From Minisyncoccia bacterium (GTDB lineage Bacteria > Patescibacteriota > Minisyncoccia > UBA6257 > GWB1-50-10), in assembly GCA_049997815.1 (NCBI GenBank), contig JBEKVQ010000003.1, positions 85 to 64,084 on the forward strand: 64,000 nt of DNA. The letters run 5' to 3'. The position numbers and the translations under genes were made by a program. This document shows positions 1-8,441 of this stretch, piece after piece (the stretch's first letter is position 1; every line of letters starts with the position of its first letter). The notes beneath the pieces were generated by a model. It ran no database searches, was not told where the DNA came from, and saw only the letters and a list, made by a program, of their open reading frames with translations.

Positions 1-40
1 TGGAAAAAAATTTACAAAAACGCCGGGCTATGCGCCCGGC

Positions 41-195
41 TTGGAAGTTTCGCTTTCAGTCGGGGCTTATCCCCTTTCGTCGTATTTATCGTATATCATA
101 CCCCCATTTTTGCCAGAAGAGCAAAAATTGACCAATACCACCAAAAGGTGGTATTTTCTGGTTAGCCATCAAACAACTGAATCATTTACCGATAT
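41..195 (+). repeat. copy 1 of a duplicated ~150-nt leader / structured 5'-UTR element (copy 2 at 1921-2047)
   Basis: About 90% identity to 1921-2047. Contains the hairpin TTTTGCC-AGAAG-GGCAAAA, a TTGACC -35-like hexamer, and a second hairpin ACCACC-AAAA-GGTGGT. Confidence 0.7.
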
Positions 196-221
196 CCGAC
201 TATTTCAGAGGAGAAATCACT

Positions 222-719
222 ATGGAAGACAATCGGATTGTAAATCGCGGCGACAACAAATTTCTGAGGATGAATGTAGGATACTCAGGAGACGGAGCTG
301 GGAACATACTCGAGGAAGAGAATGGGAAACGAACGCTCTTTCTCGACTATTGCGAATTCATTGCCGGCGTGTACTGGGTAATGCCGCACTGGAGCCCCAA
401 AGATGGAGAACCGCTGGTCAAGACCATTCGTGAAAAACTGAGCGCTGTTAGATTGATAACCTTCCCTCGCACAAATCCCGATGAGCACCACAAAAAACAG
501 ATCCCAATCACGCTTAACAAGCATGCCGTGCTTATCCATCATCCGCACTTCCTCGAGATTCTCGTGCCGGTGTCGCATTTCTCTCACCAGGTCTTCAAGA
601 TTTTGAATAACAAGACCGTGAAATCAATCGACCTTCGGGTAATGGTCTACGAATTCTCTCTGGCATTCGAGAAGCGGTGGAAATCACTTGTACTCAAGGA
701 ATTGAGGGACGCTGCCTAA
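222..719 (+). CDS. hypothetical protein, preceded by the duplicated ~150-nt leader element
   Basis: 165-aa ORF; an AGGAG-like RBS (gaggag) sits just upstream of the ATG at 222; the conserved leader copy at 41-195 lies immediately upstream. No recognisable motif. Confidence 0.35.
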   Translation: MEDNRIVNRGDNKFLRMNVGYSGDGAGNILEEENGKRTLFLDYCEFIAGVYWVMPHWSPKDGEPLVKTIREKLSAVRLITFPRTNPDEHHKKQIPITLNKHAVLIHHPHFLEILVPVSHFSHQVFKILNNKTVKSIDLRVMVYEFSLAFEKRWKSLVLKELRDAA

Positions 720-937
720 ACAACCGAATTCCATGCCGCATTTGAACCCTGACCACGCAAAAGTGATCAGGGCTCTTTTTATTTATAGTGAGTTTATCCA
801 ACTATTCCCCCGCCCTCATCCCAAAAACCGAAGGTCATGAGCAGCGCCGAATGATTGACGCATACCTCTATTCGGTGGTATTTTGCTTTCAGCTCAACAA
901 GAACCAAATATCACCCAAACAACCCAAGGAGGCACCG

Positions 938-1747
938 ATGAAAGACCTTCATGCAATTTCCGAAAAAACCGGAATATCCGAATTTCTGTTCAAAGACGCG
1001 CTCGGCATTCCTTCAGAAATCTGCTCTGCGGCGACGATTGAGGAGGCGCGAACCGCTTACGAACAATCCGCCAGTTCCAGCGAGATGGAAAGAGCAGCGC
1101 TAAAGAGATGGCTTGAGCTCTGCACGACCATTGAGGGGGTACAAGAGGTTTGTGGCGTCGTTCCAAGTGGAAGCGGTATAGAAGAAGAGGCGTTTGCAAA
1201 GCTGAACGTACTTTTCAGCGAAAAGATTGATAAAGCGCAAACCCCCGAGGAGATGGCAGATATCTTCAATGACATCTCCGACGACAGCCCAATGAAAAAA
1301 ATAGCTCTCGAAAGATGGAATTCGATTTCCATGGAACGGGCCAATGCCGCGATGAACATAGCAGAGGCCAAAGACGCCTGCGAAAATGCCCCCGAAAATA
1401 GCGAGGCGGAAAGAATCGCTTTATTCAGATGGATATCTCTTTGTACAACCGTCGACGAGATACAGGAGGCCTATGAAAAAACTGCCTGCAATACCGACGC
1501 AGAGAACGTAGCCATCGAAAAATGGGACGCAATATCATCCGAACAGATCGTGGCCGCATCAACCATCACCGAAGTGCGAGAGGTCTATCGCAAAACCTAC
1601 GATCACGGGAAGGCAGAAGATATCGCGCTTGAGAAATGGTTCTCCTTCTGTACAACCATTGGCGAACTTGTGGATATCTACGATCAATTACCAGGGGGCA
1701 GAGAGATAGGGAAAAAGATCCTTCTCAAAATATACGAGCTCTCCTGA
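938..1747 (+). CDS. hypothetical protein with about five tandem ~35-40-aa repeats
   Basis: The track ORF starts at 788, but the likely start is the ATG at 938, which has a strong AAGGAGG RBS. Repeats in the translation: ALKRWLELCTTIEGVQEV, ALERWNSISMERANAA, ALFRWISLCTTVDEIQEAY, AIEKWDAISSEQIVAASTITEVREVY and ALEKWFSFCTTIGELVDIY. Confidence 0.5.
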   Translation: MKDLHAISEKTGISEFLFKDALGIPSEICSAATIEEARTAYEQSASSSEMERAALKRWLELCTTIEGVQEVCGVVPSGSGIEEEAFAKLNVLFSEKIDKAQTPEEMADIFNDISDDSPMKKIALERWNSISMERANAAMNIAEAKDACENAPENSEAERIALFRWISLCTTVDEIQEAYEKTACNTDAENVAIEKWDAISSEQIVAASTITEVREVYRKTYDHGKAEDIALEKWFSFCTTIGELVDIYDQLPGGREIGKKILLKIYELS

Positions 1748-1785
1748 TTCTTGCAGGACGGAAGGTTATAACGAACATGAAGTAA

Positions 1786-1816
1786 AAGCCGCTGTATGTA
1801 ATAGGCGGCTTTTTTG
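1786..1816 (+). terminator. rho-independent terminator of the repeat-protein gene
   Basis: agccgc...gcggct stem followed by a TTTTTT run directly downstream of the stop at 1747. Confidence 0.6.
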
Positions 1817-1920
1817 TTTTCCCTTTCCCATTCCAAAACAAAAGCCCACCAGTTCTATATATAGAACTGGTGGTTTCTAGGCCAAAAACCAAAGGCGCTA
1901 TAGTTAACTATAGCGCCTGG

Positions 1921-2047
1921 AAGTTTCGCTTTCAGTCGGGGCTCATCCCCTTTCGTCGTATTTATCGTATATCATACCCCCATTTTTGCCAGAAGGGCAA
2001 AAATTGACCGATACCGCCTTTCGGTGGTATTTTTTGGTTAGTCATCA
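1921..2047 (+). repeat. copy 2 of the duplicated leader element, upstream of ORF 2101..2304
   Basis: Same element as 41-195. The second hairpin is ACCGCC-TTTC-GGTGGT, i.e. a changed loop and a G-U wobble that preserve pairing. Confidence 0.7.
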
Positions 2048-2100
2048 AACAACTGAGTTGCTCACTTTTTGATCTGGAACATCCCAGAGAGGAGACAAGC

Positions 2101-2304
2101 ATGCTCGACATTATTAACTTCCTAATCGCTCTCTTCGGTTTCCTATGGATCGTGTCATTTATCCTCGTGGCACTGTCCGGCATAGGTCTCTTGGGGCTAG
2201 CGTTATTCTCTTACATCACGGACGCGGATTTCAGGAAAATCATGAAACAAGTACCCGTCAATCTCCGTGACTTCTGCTTCCCCATTTCTCTTGGCCGAAC
2301 CTAA
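2101..2304 (+). CDS. small hydrophobic membrane protein
   Basis: 67-aa ORF that is mostly transmembrane (LIALFGFLWIVSFILVALSGIGLLGLALF); GAGAGGAG RBS; follows leader copy 2. Confidence 0.3.
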   Translation: MLDIINFLIALFGFLWIVSFILVALSGIGLLGLALFSYITDADFRKIMKQVPVNLRDFCFPISLGRT

Positions 2305-2915
2305 ATCAGTCTCAGTCTCATTCTCTCAAAGTCCCGTTCAAGGCAAAACCTTGCGGGCTTTTTTATTTCCCCGCCCCAAACCCCCACCGGTTCTAATATT
2401 AGGACCAGTGATTTCCCGAAAAAATTCAATTCCCCCATCTCCCGGAGCGTAATATTGACAAATAGCACATTTTTGTGCTATTTTGGTTTCATTAACATCG
2501 GTTAATTCCCACCACTGGGATTCAGTGGAAACCAGCACATTGAAAGGGTTAAAAATGCTGACGACGGCATTATATATCGCGGCTGCCATCCTTGTATTTG
2601 CGGCATTATTCCAAATCCGCCTAGTCCGCGCAAGAAAAGATTTCGCGAGGTACTTCACGTCTCTTCAAACCAGCACGGAAGAAGTGTTCGCGAAACTGCT
2701 TCGACTCCGTAAGCTGGCGGAAGACAGCGACCCGCGCTTCAGTCGGCCGGGAAAACCCGCAAGCAAGCCCTACCCCGGTTGGCTTGATATCGCCGAGACG
2801 AACTGGCACGAATATCACTGCGCCAAACGCGCAGCTGCCATTTGTTCGTTTTTGTGAATCGTGATAATTGATTCGTTTCAATCGATTTCACAATCTAGGG
2901 CTCAAGGAGGCCACT

Positions 2916-3245
2916 ATGAAAAAAGATAGATTCGAAATCATATGGTTGGTGTTCATTGTCCTCGTCTACCCGATCAGTTGCGTAAGATGGTATAAACAAT
3001 GCAAGGAAGAGAGGAACGCACGTGAAAAGGACTTCATTTTTTACGGCATCCTGGGGACAGTGGGAATCTCAGCGCTTATAGCTTCCTTCTTCCTTATACA
3101 TCTCATGGGGCGGAATTCCATGTTCATAGAATTTGCCGGAGGGATCCTTTATCTCTGGGGCCTCAAATTATTCGTCGATTTGGCCCTCAAGCTAAGAAAG
3201 AACAGCTCGGCTCATGGAAAGACCGAAACCACTATTTCTTCCTAA
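2916..3245 (+). CDS. membrane protein, hypothetical
   Basis: Track ORF 2868..3245. The internal ATG at 2916 is preceded by AAGGAGG. Two or three predicted TM helices. Confidence 0.3.
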   Translation: MKKDRFEIIWLVFIVLVYPISCVRWYKQCKEERNAREKDFIFYGILGTVGISALIASFFLIHLMGRNSMFIEFAGGILYLWGLKLFVDLALKLRKNSSAHGKTETTISS

Positions 3246-3260
3246 GGAGGTACTAAGAGT

Positions 3261-3476
3261 ATGAATATCCCAAGAGACAAAACATATCCGGCTGACAGCG
3301 TCCAATGCAACGAGTGTGGTGGGAATGGATGCAGAAAGTGCGACAACAAGGGTTGGCTGACCCCCCAAGACAACCCAGGGGGACGACGATGCGCGAACGA
3401 ATCTTGCAACAAACCGATTCCTCCGTCGCATGTTGCCGTCTATTGTTCTGACGAATGCGCACTGGCTGACGCTTAG
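3261..3476 (+). CDS. small cysteine-rich (zinc-ribbon-like) protein
   Basis: 71 aa with CNECGGNGCRKC ... CANESC ... YCSDEC; TAAGGAGG RBS; followed by a hairpin terminator at 3501-3534. Confidence 0.4.
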   Translation: MNIPRDKTYPADSVQCNECGGNGCRKCDNKGWLTPQDNPGGRRCANESCNKPIPPSHVAVYCSDECALADA

Positions 3477-3667
3477 GCAGCATAAATCTACAGCGGTTAA
3501 AAGAGACCACCGCTTAAACAAAAGGTCTCTTTTTATTTCCCCCGCCCGAATTCCAAAAAACCTTGCCTACCGAAGCTTCAGCGAAGGCGGGACCCCGGGG
3601 AGCAAAAAACAAAAACGGGAGATGAATTCTCCCGTTTTTGCTTCAAGATTGGGTTTCTAAATCAAAT

Positions 3668-4462
3668 CTAGAATCCGAACAGATGGCTGAAGAAGTTGCC
3701 GATGGAACCCAAGAAACCCATGCGAGGCTTCGGGGCATTATTCTCTCCGGAAGCAGCCGACGCCGGCGCGCTCCCCTGGTCAATGACGGACGAAGCGGTT
3801 ATGGACGTACCGTTCACCGTGCCCTGCACCACCAGATTATCTCCCACCGCCACGTTGGAAATTGTTGTGCTCGTGCCCATCTTTATGATTGAGGCGTTCG
3901 TGGCGTCAACCGTATAAACGACGTTGCTCTTGTTCGTTACGGTCAGAGTATTACCGTTTACGGCGCTCACGCTGCCACCAATCACGGGCTGGCCATTTCC
4001 CTGGATAATCGGATTTTTGGGAATATTCTCCGGCTTGCCGGATTTATCTCCCTGCATCATTCTTCCGATGCCATCGCGAATCATGGTCGCCGTTACGTTC
4101 GTGCCGTTCACCGTACCCTGCACCATAATGGCGTCGCCCACTACGATACTTGATACGGAAGAGGCCGCGCCGTTTTTCGTAACCTTGGCGTTTCCGGCAT
4201 CAACCGTGTAGGTCGTTGCCGCTCCCCCCTTCGGTCCGGTCTTTCCGGCAACCGAGAGAGTCGCGCCGTTAATGGCGGAAACCGTCCCGAAAACGCCGGG
4301 GGCTCTGCGCATTTGCCCTCCCATCCTGCCCATCCAAGCACCTTGCGGAGCCGGATTCTGGGTGGTTTGAGCGAAGGCCGGAGCGACTAGGGCGAAACTT
4401 GCAACAAGGCCCGCTATGACTATTAACGAAGAATATTTCTTCATAAATTGAAGTTTAATCAA
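3668..4462 (-). CDS. secreted protein with two DUF5666-like repeats
   Basis: N-terminal signal peptide (MKKYSSLIVIAGLVASFALVAPAFA). Two ~90-aa repeats, VSAINGATLSVAGKTG...VGDAIMVQGTVNGTNVTA and VSAVNGNTLTVTNKSN...VGDNLVVQGTVNGTSITA, resemble the DUF5666 pattern. Confidence 0.5.
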   Translation of the reverse strand: MIKLQFMKKYSSLIVIAGLVASFALVAPAFAQTTQNPAPQGAWMGRMGGQMRRAPGVFGTVSAINGATLSVAGKTGPKGGAATTYTVDAGNAKVTKNGAASSVSSIVVGDAIMVQGTVNGTNVTATMIRDGIGRMMQGDKSGKPENIPKNPIIQGNGQPVIGGSVSAVNGNTLTVTNKSNVVYTVDATNASIIKMGTSTTISNVAVGDNLVVQGTVNGTSITASSVIDQGSAPASAASGENNAPKPRMGFLGSIGNFFSHLFGF

Positions 4463-4600
4463 TGTATTTACGGATCAGCTCGACCAGGCCAATCTGTATA
4501 TACTACGGATTGGCCGACAATTTTGTTGCATCCCCTACTGGTAAATAACTCCCCCGCTCCCATTCCCAAAAACCACCAGTCCTACATATAGGACTGGTGG

Positions 4601-4966
4601 TTATATATCTTCTTGACCCTCCGTTTCTCCCGATTTTTTGGATTCTTTCTGGAGAAATTCAAGAAATTGCTCGAGCCGTTTCATGGCCATCTCGAGATCT
4701 GCGCCCGCTTCGGCTTCTTGCCCAACCGAAATCCATTCTTCCAATATTTCCGGGCTAAAGCTCTCGTAGTCGTACGAGTACAAAACTCCAATGCCCTCAT
4801 CGATTTTTTGCTTAAGCGCTTCTGTCGCTTCGGGCGACAATTCTTTCGGGTCTGCTTCAAGCCCAAAAGACAATCTCCTCTTTCGTGTTATTTCCGCGGC
4901 CTCTTCGGGGGTCGTGATTTTTTTCTCCGGCTGTTCGGGCGTTTCGCCCATTTGTTCGATAGGCAT
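4601..4966 (-). CDS. acidic hypothetical protein
   Basis: 121-aa Glu-rich ORF at the 3' end of the long minus-strand gene train; a perfect palindromic terminator at 4572-4601 abuts its stop. Confidence 0.4.
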   Translation of the reverse strand: MPIEQMGETPEQPEKKITTPEEAAEITRKRRLSFGLEADPKELSPEATEALKQKIDEGIGVLYSYDYESFSPEILEEWISVGQEAEAGADLEMAMKRLEQFLEFLQKESKKSGETEGQEDI

Positions 4967-4976
4967 AGTATTTAAA

Positions 4977-6740
4977 TTACACTACTTCGGCGTTATAGCA
5001 AGATTCGCAATATACTATTTCCTTCCTCTCCGGAGCGTAGGATGTCTCAAATTCGTTGGGGCAGTGGCCATCTCCATGCTGATGTTTGACCGTGTTCGCA
5101 TAAACTCCGTTCTCGTTTTTTGCGCCGGAACACTGGCATTTACGGTGCCAAAGCTTCCGGGGATTCCGAAGCTTGAATCTGTCCGTCCGGCGGCACGGGA
5201 AACATTTCGCCGGAACCGGAATGCCCAGTTTCCTGTATAACCCGATCTCGAGCGGCATAATCCGGAACGCGGTCGTGCACCCCGGATGATCGGCTTTTTC
5301 CTTGTCGGAAAGTTGGGACGCGCATCGAATCACTTCGCCCTCCATTGAATCGGCGGTATCCGCGATTTTTTGAGGGAGAGCTTCCTGCTCCATGGTGGGG
5401 ATATAGTTCCGGGAATCTTCCCCATCATGCCATTTATAGCCCCGGCGCAACGCCTCGTCCTTCGAGAGCGGGAAATAATCCTGCGCCATGGATTCGTTGT
5501 AGGCGAAGGGCGAAACGCTCGGCGGAAAATACTCGCCCCACTCGCCTGTTTTCCGCATATGCGCGATTATTCGTTCTTTCGTCTTTGTATATTCTTCTTT
5601 CGAATATTGTTTGTTCAAAATGCAATATTCCTTGGATTTAAGACCAAAACAACCGAAACAATTACGCACGCCGAAACACATATCGCAATAACAAGAATCG
5701 GTTATGGTGTTGAAACAGCTTCGCGCAACGATAGTTCGATTCGGGGCTTCAACGCCCTGAATCTCGTAGGACAACTCGCCAATAATGACCTCCGTACAAT
5801 CCCGGCAATCCCCCATTTGTTGCCAGGCGTCCTGCATATAAGCGGTATCTTTGTTATCGCGGCAGTTAAAAGCAACTTTCGCCCGCTGACTGTTTTCCAA
5901 GTAGTCCCCCGAGGAATTTTGAATCTGAACCCCGTGGTAATGCTTCACCGGAATACTCAATCTCAACTTCATAAGCTCTGACTGCATATCCTTGATGGCA
6001 TCACGAGACCATGGAAACTCTTTCAGCTTTCTTTCATAATCCTGCTTTTCGAGTTGCGTATTGAACCAGCAATATTGTTTTTTGCGCAAACCCACGCAAC
6101 CGAAGCAATTTATGCACCCCCGGCAATCATTGGAAAAATAGACCTCGACGCAATCGGAACAATCGTAAATCCAAACGCATTTCGAACATTTTTTCAGATT
6201 GATACATTCATAACAAAGCTCGCATTGCTCAATCATGTAGCAATCCGAACATAAGAAGCATTTAAATTGATTCCAGCTTCCGTACATGCACTTTTCATTC
6301 GAACCGCTCGTCACCAACATGTAGCAATCCTTATTGTCCTGGGATTGATTCGTGTATTCCGAGTTAACGCTCCTTGAGTTTACTAAGGCGAGATGCGGCA
6401 CCAAACGGCGAAGTTCTTCATATTGGTCGAAAAACGGCCGGTTAAAATCGAGGTCTCGCCCATATTCCATCGCATCCCAAGCATCCGACCTCCAATAATC
6501 CTGTTTGTAAACCGGGAAGGGCGCATCGGGACGGTAGATCGAGATGATGCTCTCTTGCGTGGCATCGCATTTCCGCTTGCAAAAGTTATACTCGTTCCTG
6601 TCCAAAAGCCGCCGAATATAACGGCAATCTGGACACAGGGTTGGCGCCGGGACGCCGATTTTTTCGTAAAACCCAAAATCGTCGGGCTCAATGACGAAGT
6701 TTTGCTTGCAATTACGGCAATTTTTTGTTTCCGAATTCAT
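4977..6740 (-). CDS. cysteine-rich multi-zinc-ribbon protein, paralog 1 of 5 (unknown family)
   Basis: 587 aa. N-terminus MNSETKNCRNCKQNFVIEPDDFGFYEKIGVPAPTLCPDCRYIRRL. Two core CxxCxxCFGCxGLxxKxYC...NKQYSKEEY motifs, then GEWGEYFP. A second FRIMPLEIGLYRKLGIPVPAKCFPCRR module, and the C-terminus CPNEFETSYAPERKEIVYCESCYNAEVV. Overlaps paralog 2 by 4 nt. Confidence 0.8.
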   Translation of the reverse strand: MNSETKNCRNCKQNFVIEPDDFGFYEKIGVPAPTLCPDCRYIRRLLDRNEYNFCKRKCDATQESIISIYRPDAPFPVYKQDYWRSDAWDAMEYGRDLDFNRPFFDQYEELRRLVPHLALVNSRSVNSEYTNQSQDNKDCYMLVTSGSNEKCMYGSWNQFKCFLCSDCYMIEQCELCYECINLKKCSKCVWIYDCSDCVEVYFSNDCRGCINCFGCVGLRKKQYCWFNTQLEKQDYERKLKEFPWSRDAIKDMQSELMKLRLSIPVKHYHGVQIQNSSGDYLENSQRAKVAFNCRDNKDTAYMQDAWQQMGDCRDCTEVIIGELSYEIQGVEAPNRTIVARSCFNTITDSCYCDMCFGVRNCFGCFGLKSKEYCILNKQYSKEEYTKTKERIIAHMRKTGEWGEYFPPSVSPFAYNESMAQDYFPLSKDEALRRGYKWHDGEDSRNYIPTMEQEALPQKIADTADSMEGEVIRCASQLSDKEKADHPGCTTAFRIMPLEIGLYRKLGIPVPAKCFPCRRTDRFKLRNPRKLWHRKCQCSGAKNENGVYANTVKHQHGDGHCPNEFETSYAPERKEIVYCESCYNAEVV

Positions 6741-8440
6741 ACTATCTCTGAATTATAACAGCTCTCGCAGTAGATGGGCCTCCGTTCTTTTTCGGTGAAA
6801 AATGTTTCAAATTCGTTCGGGCACCGCTTGTCGTGATTATGGCCGGATTTCGCACAATCACACCGCCGGTGCATAAAGTCGAAACCTCCCCGCATTTCCT
6901 CACGCTCACTTTGTCTGCAAAAGAAGCATCTGTCCGGTATCGGAACGTGCAGTTGTTTATACAAGGCAAGTTCGCCTGGAAGAACGTTATAATTGCGTCC
7001 GCAGGATAAGCAGGCCAAAATCTCGTTTATGAACGTATCCGGCACGTCGTCTATCGAATCGGGCACTTTTTCTTGCGACAGCGTTTGTTTGCCTCTTGTC
7101 TGTTGTATATTATCAAGCCAATTATACCCGCGGAAGAGAGCATCTTCGCGGCCAATTGGCCATTGGTCGAATGCGCGAGTTTCATTGAAACCGAACGGAG
7201 AAGAACTTATCGGAAAGAATTCGCCCCATTCTCCTCTACGCTTCATATCGGCGATTATCTTTTCGCGCAAATTGAAGTACTCTCCTTTTGGATATTTTTT
7301 GTTCAATATGGAGTACTCACCCTTTTTTAAGCCAACGCAACCTAGAACATTCGAGCAAGAATGACAGTCAGAACAATAAGAAGCGTTGTTGTTCTTCCAT
7401 GAATAAACCGTGGCCATGCTCAGGTACGATTGGTCCGGAGTAATGGATTCATAAGCGAGTTCCGTTTCTCCGGCTCCGGCACAGTCGTACGATTGTTTAA
7501 ACGTGATGCCGTTATGCACGTACTTCGAATCCTCGGAAAGAGATGCAAAATTGGCACTGTGAGTATTCTTCGATCTGATCATATCCGTCCCTGAACAATT
7601 GGAGCAATTGCGTAATTCGGCATACTTGCGGGGAATATCGCGAAGAAACATTTTAAATTCTTCTTTAGCCCGACTGTAGCCAGACCTGGCACGAAGATTA
7701 TATGAATCGAGGGTTTTCTTGAATTCCTCCTGGGTAAGTTGCTGATTCTTGAAATAAAAACGTTTATTCCTAAGCCCAGCGCACATAAAACAATCGGAAC
7801 AGCCGCGGCAGTCATAGCAAAAATTGCAATCCACGCAAGAAGATACCCAATAAACGCTTTTACATCGGGAATCCTGTTCGATCATCAGTCCATCGTAGAT
7901 ATATTCGCATTCCGAGTGAACACCGAGACAATCGCATAAATATTTCCCTGCGGCTAGGTAAGAGGAGCAGAAAACGTTTTCCAATCTCCACGCGACGAAT
8001 GTCATTGCGCAATTTTTCGAAAACGCAACATCCTGAGTGTACAAACAATTTACGCTCCCGATATCGTTATCATTAACGATGCCAAGTGCTGGCGTGGTCT
8101 GAAAAAGCGAAATGAATTGATCGATAAATGACCTAGAAGGATCATATTCTGCGCCACATTCATATGGATCCCAATTATCACCCCAAAAACATTTGGGACA
8201 ATAGGCCCTAATCTTAATCTTATGGCTGGGTGAGTAGATGGAGATGAATTTTTTCTTGCAGAGATCGCATTCGCGAGGATACAGATTGTAATCATTCCGC
8301 CAGGAAAGTCTTCTCATGCGCCGGCAGAGCGGACATAATTTCGGTGCCGGGACGCCGATTTTTTCGTAAAATCCGAAGTCGTCGGGTTCGATGACGAAAT
8401 CCTGTTTACAATTTTGGCAATTCCTGGTTTCGGAGTTCAT
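6737..8440 (-). CDS. cysteine-rich multi-zinc-ribbon protein, paralog 2
   Basis: 567 aa. Same N-terminal module (MNSETRNCQNCKQDFVIEPDDFGFYEKIGVPAPKLCPLCRR), the CxxCxxC...GLRNK core motifs, GEWGEFFP, a C-terminal YNVLPGELALYKQLHVPIPDRCFFCR module, and ...CPNEFETFFTEKERRPIYCESCYNSEIV. Confidence 0.8.
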   Translation of the reverse strand: MNSETRNCQNCKQDFVIEPDDFGFYEKIGVPAPKLCPLCRRMRRLSWRNDYNLYPRECDLCKKKFISIYSPSHKIKIRAYCPKCFWGDNWDPYECGAEYDPSRSFIDQFISLFQTTPALGIVNDNDIGSVNCLYTQDVAFSKNCAMTFVAWRLENVFCSSYLAAGKYLCDCLGVHSECEYIYDGLMIEQDSRCKSVYWVSSCVDCNFCYDCRGCSDCFMCAGLRNKRFYFKNQQLTQEEFKKTLDSYNLRARSGYSRAKEEFKMFLRDIPRKYAELRNCSNCSGTDMIRSKNTHSANFASLSEDSKYVHNGITFKQSYDCAGAGETELAYESITPDQSYLSMATVYSWKNNNASYCSDCHSCSNVLGCVGLKKGEYSILNKKYPKGEYFNLREKIIADMKRRGEWGEFFPISSSPFGFNETRAFDQWPIGREDALFRGYNWLDNIQQTRGKQTLSQEKVPDSIDDVPDTFINEILACLSCGRNYNVLPGELALYKQLHVPIPDRCFFCRQSEREEMRGGFDFMHRRCDCAKSGHNHDKRCPNEFETFFTEKERRPIYCESCYNSEIV

Positions 8441-8441
8441 A

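Noticed and set aside
21-40. Hairpin CGCCGGGC-TATG-GCGCCCGGC at the window start as a terminator
   Set aside because: There is no T-run on the plus side, only an A-run upstream. It could terminate a minus-strand gene outside the window but cannot be assigned.
788-937. N-terminal 50 aa of ORF 788..1747
   Set aside because: The region contains the intergenic TTCCCCCGCCC motif, and a strong AAGGAGG RBS precedes the ATG at 938. The upstream portion is probably untranslated.
5370-5981. 203-aa plus-strand ORF (and neighbours 5345..5641, 6393..6758)
   Set aside because: It lies entirely antisense inside cysteine-rich paralog 1. The minus-strand reading has a long ORF with conserved paralog motifs and translational coupling; the plus-strand translation is low-complexity.
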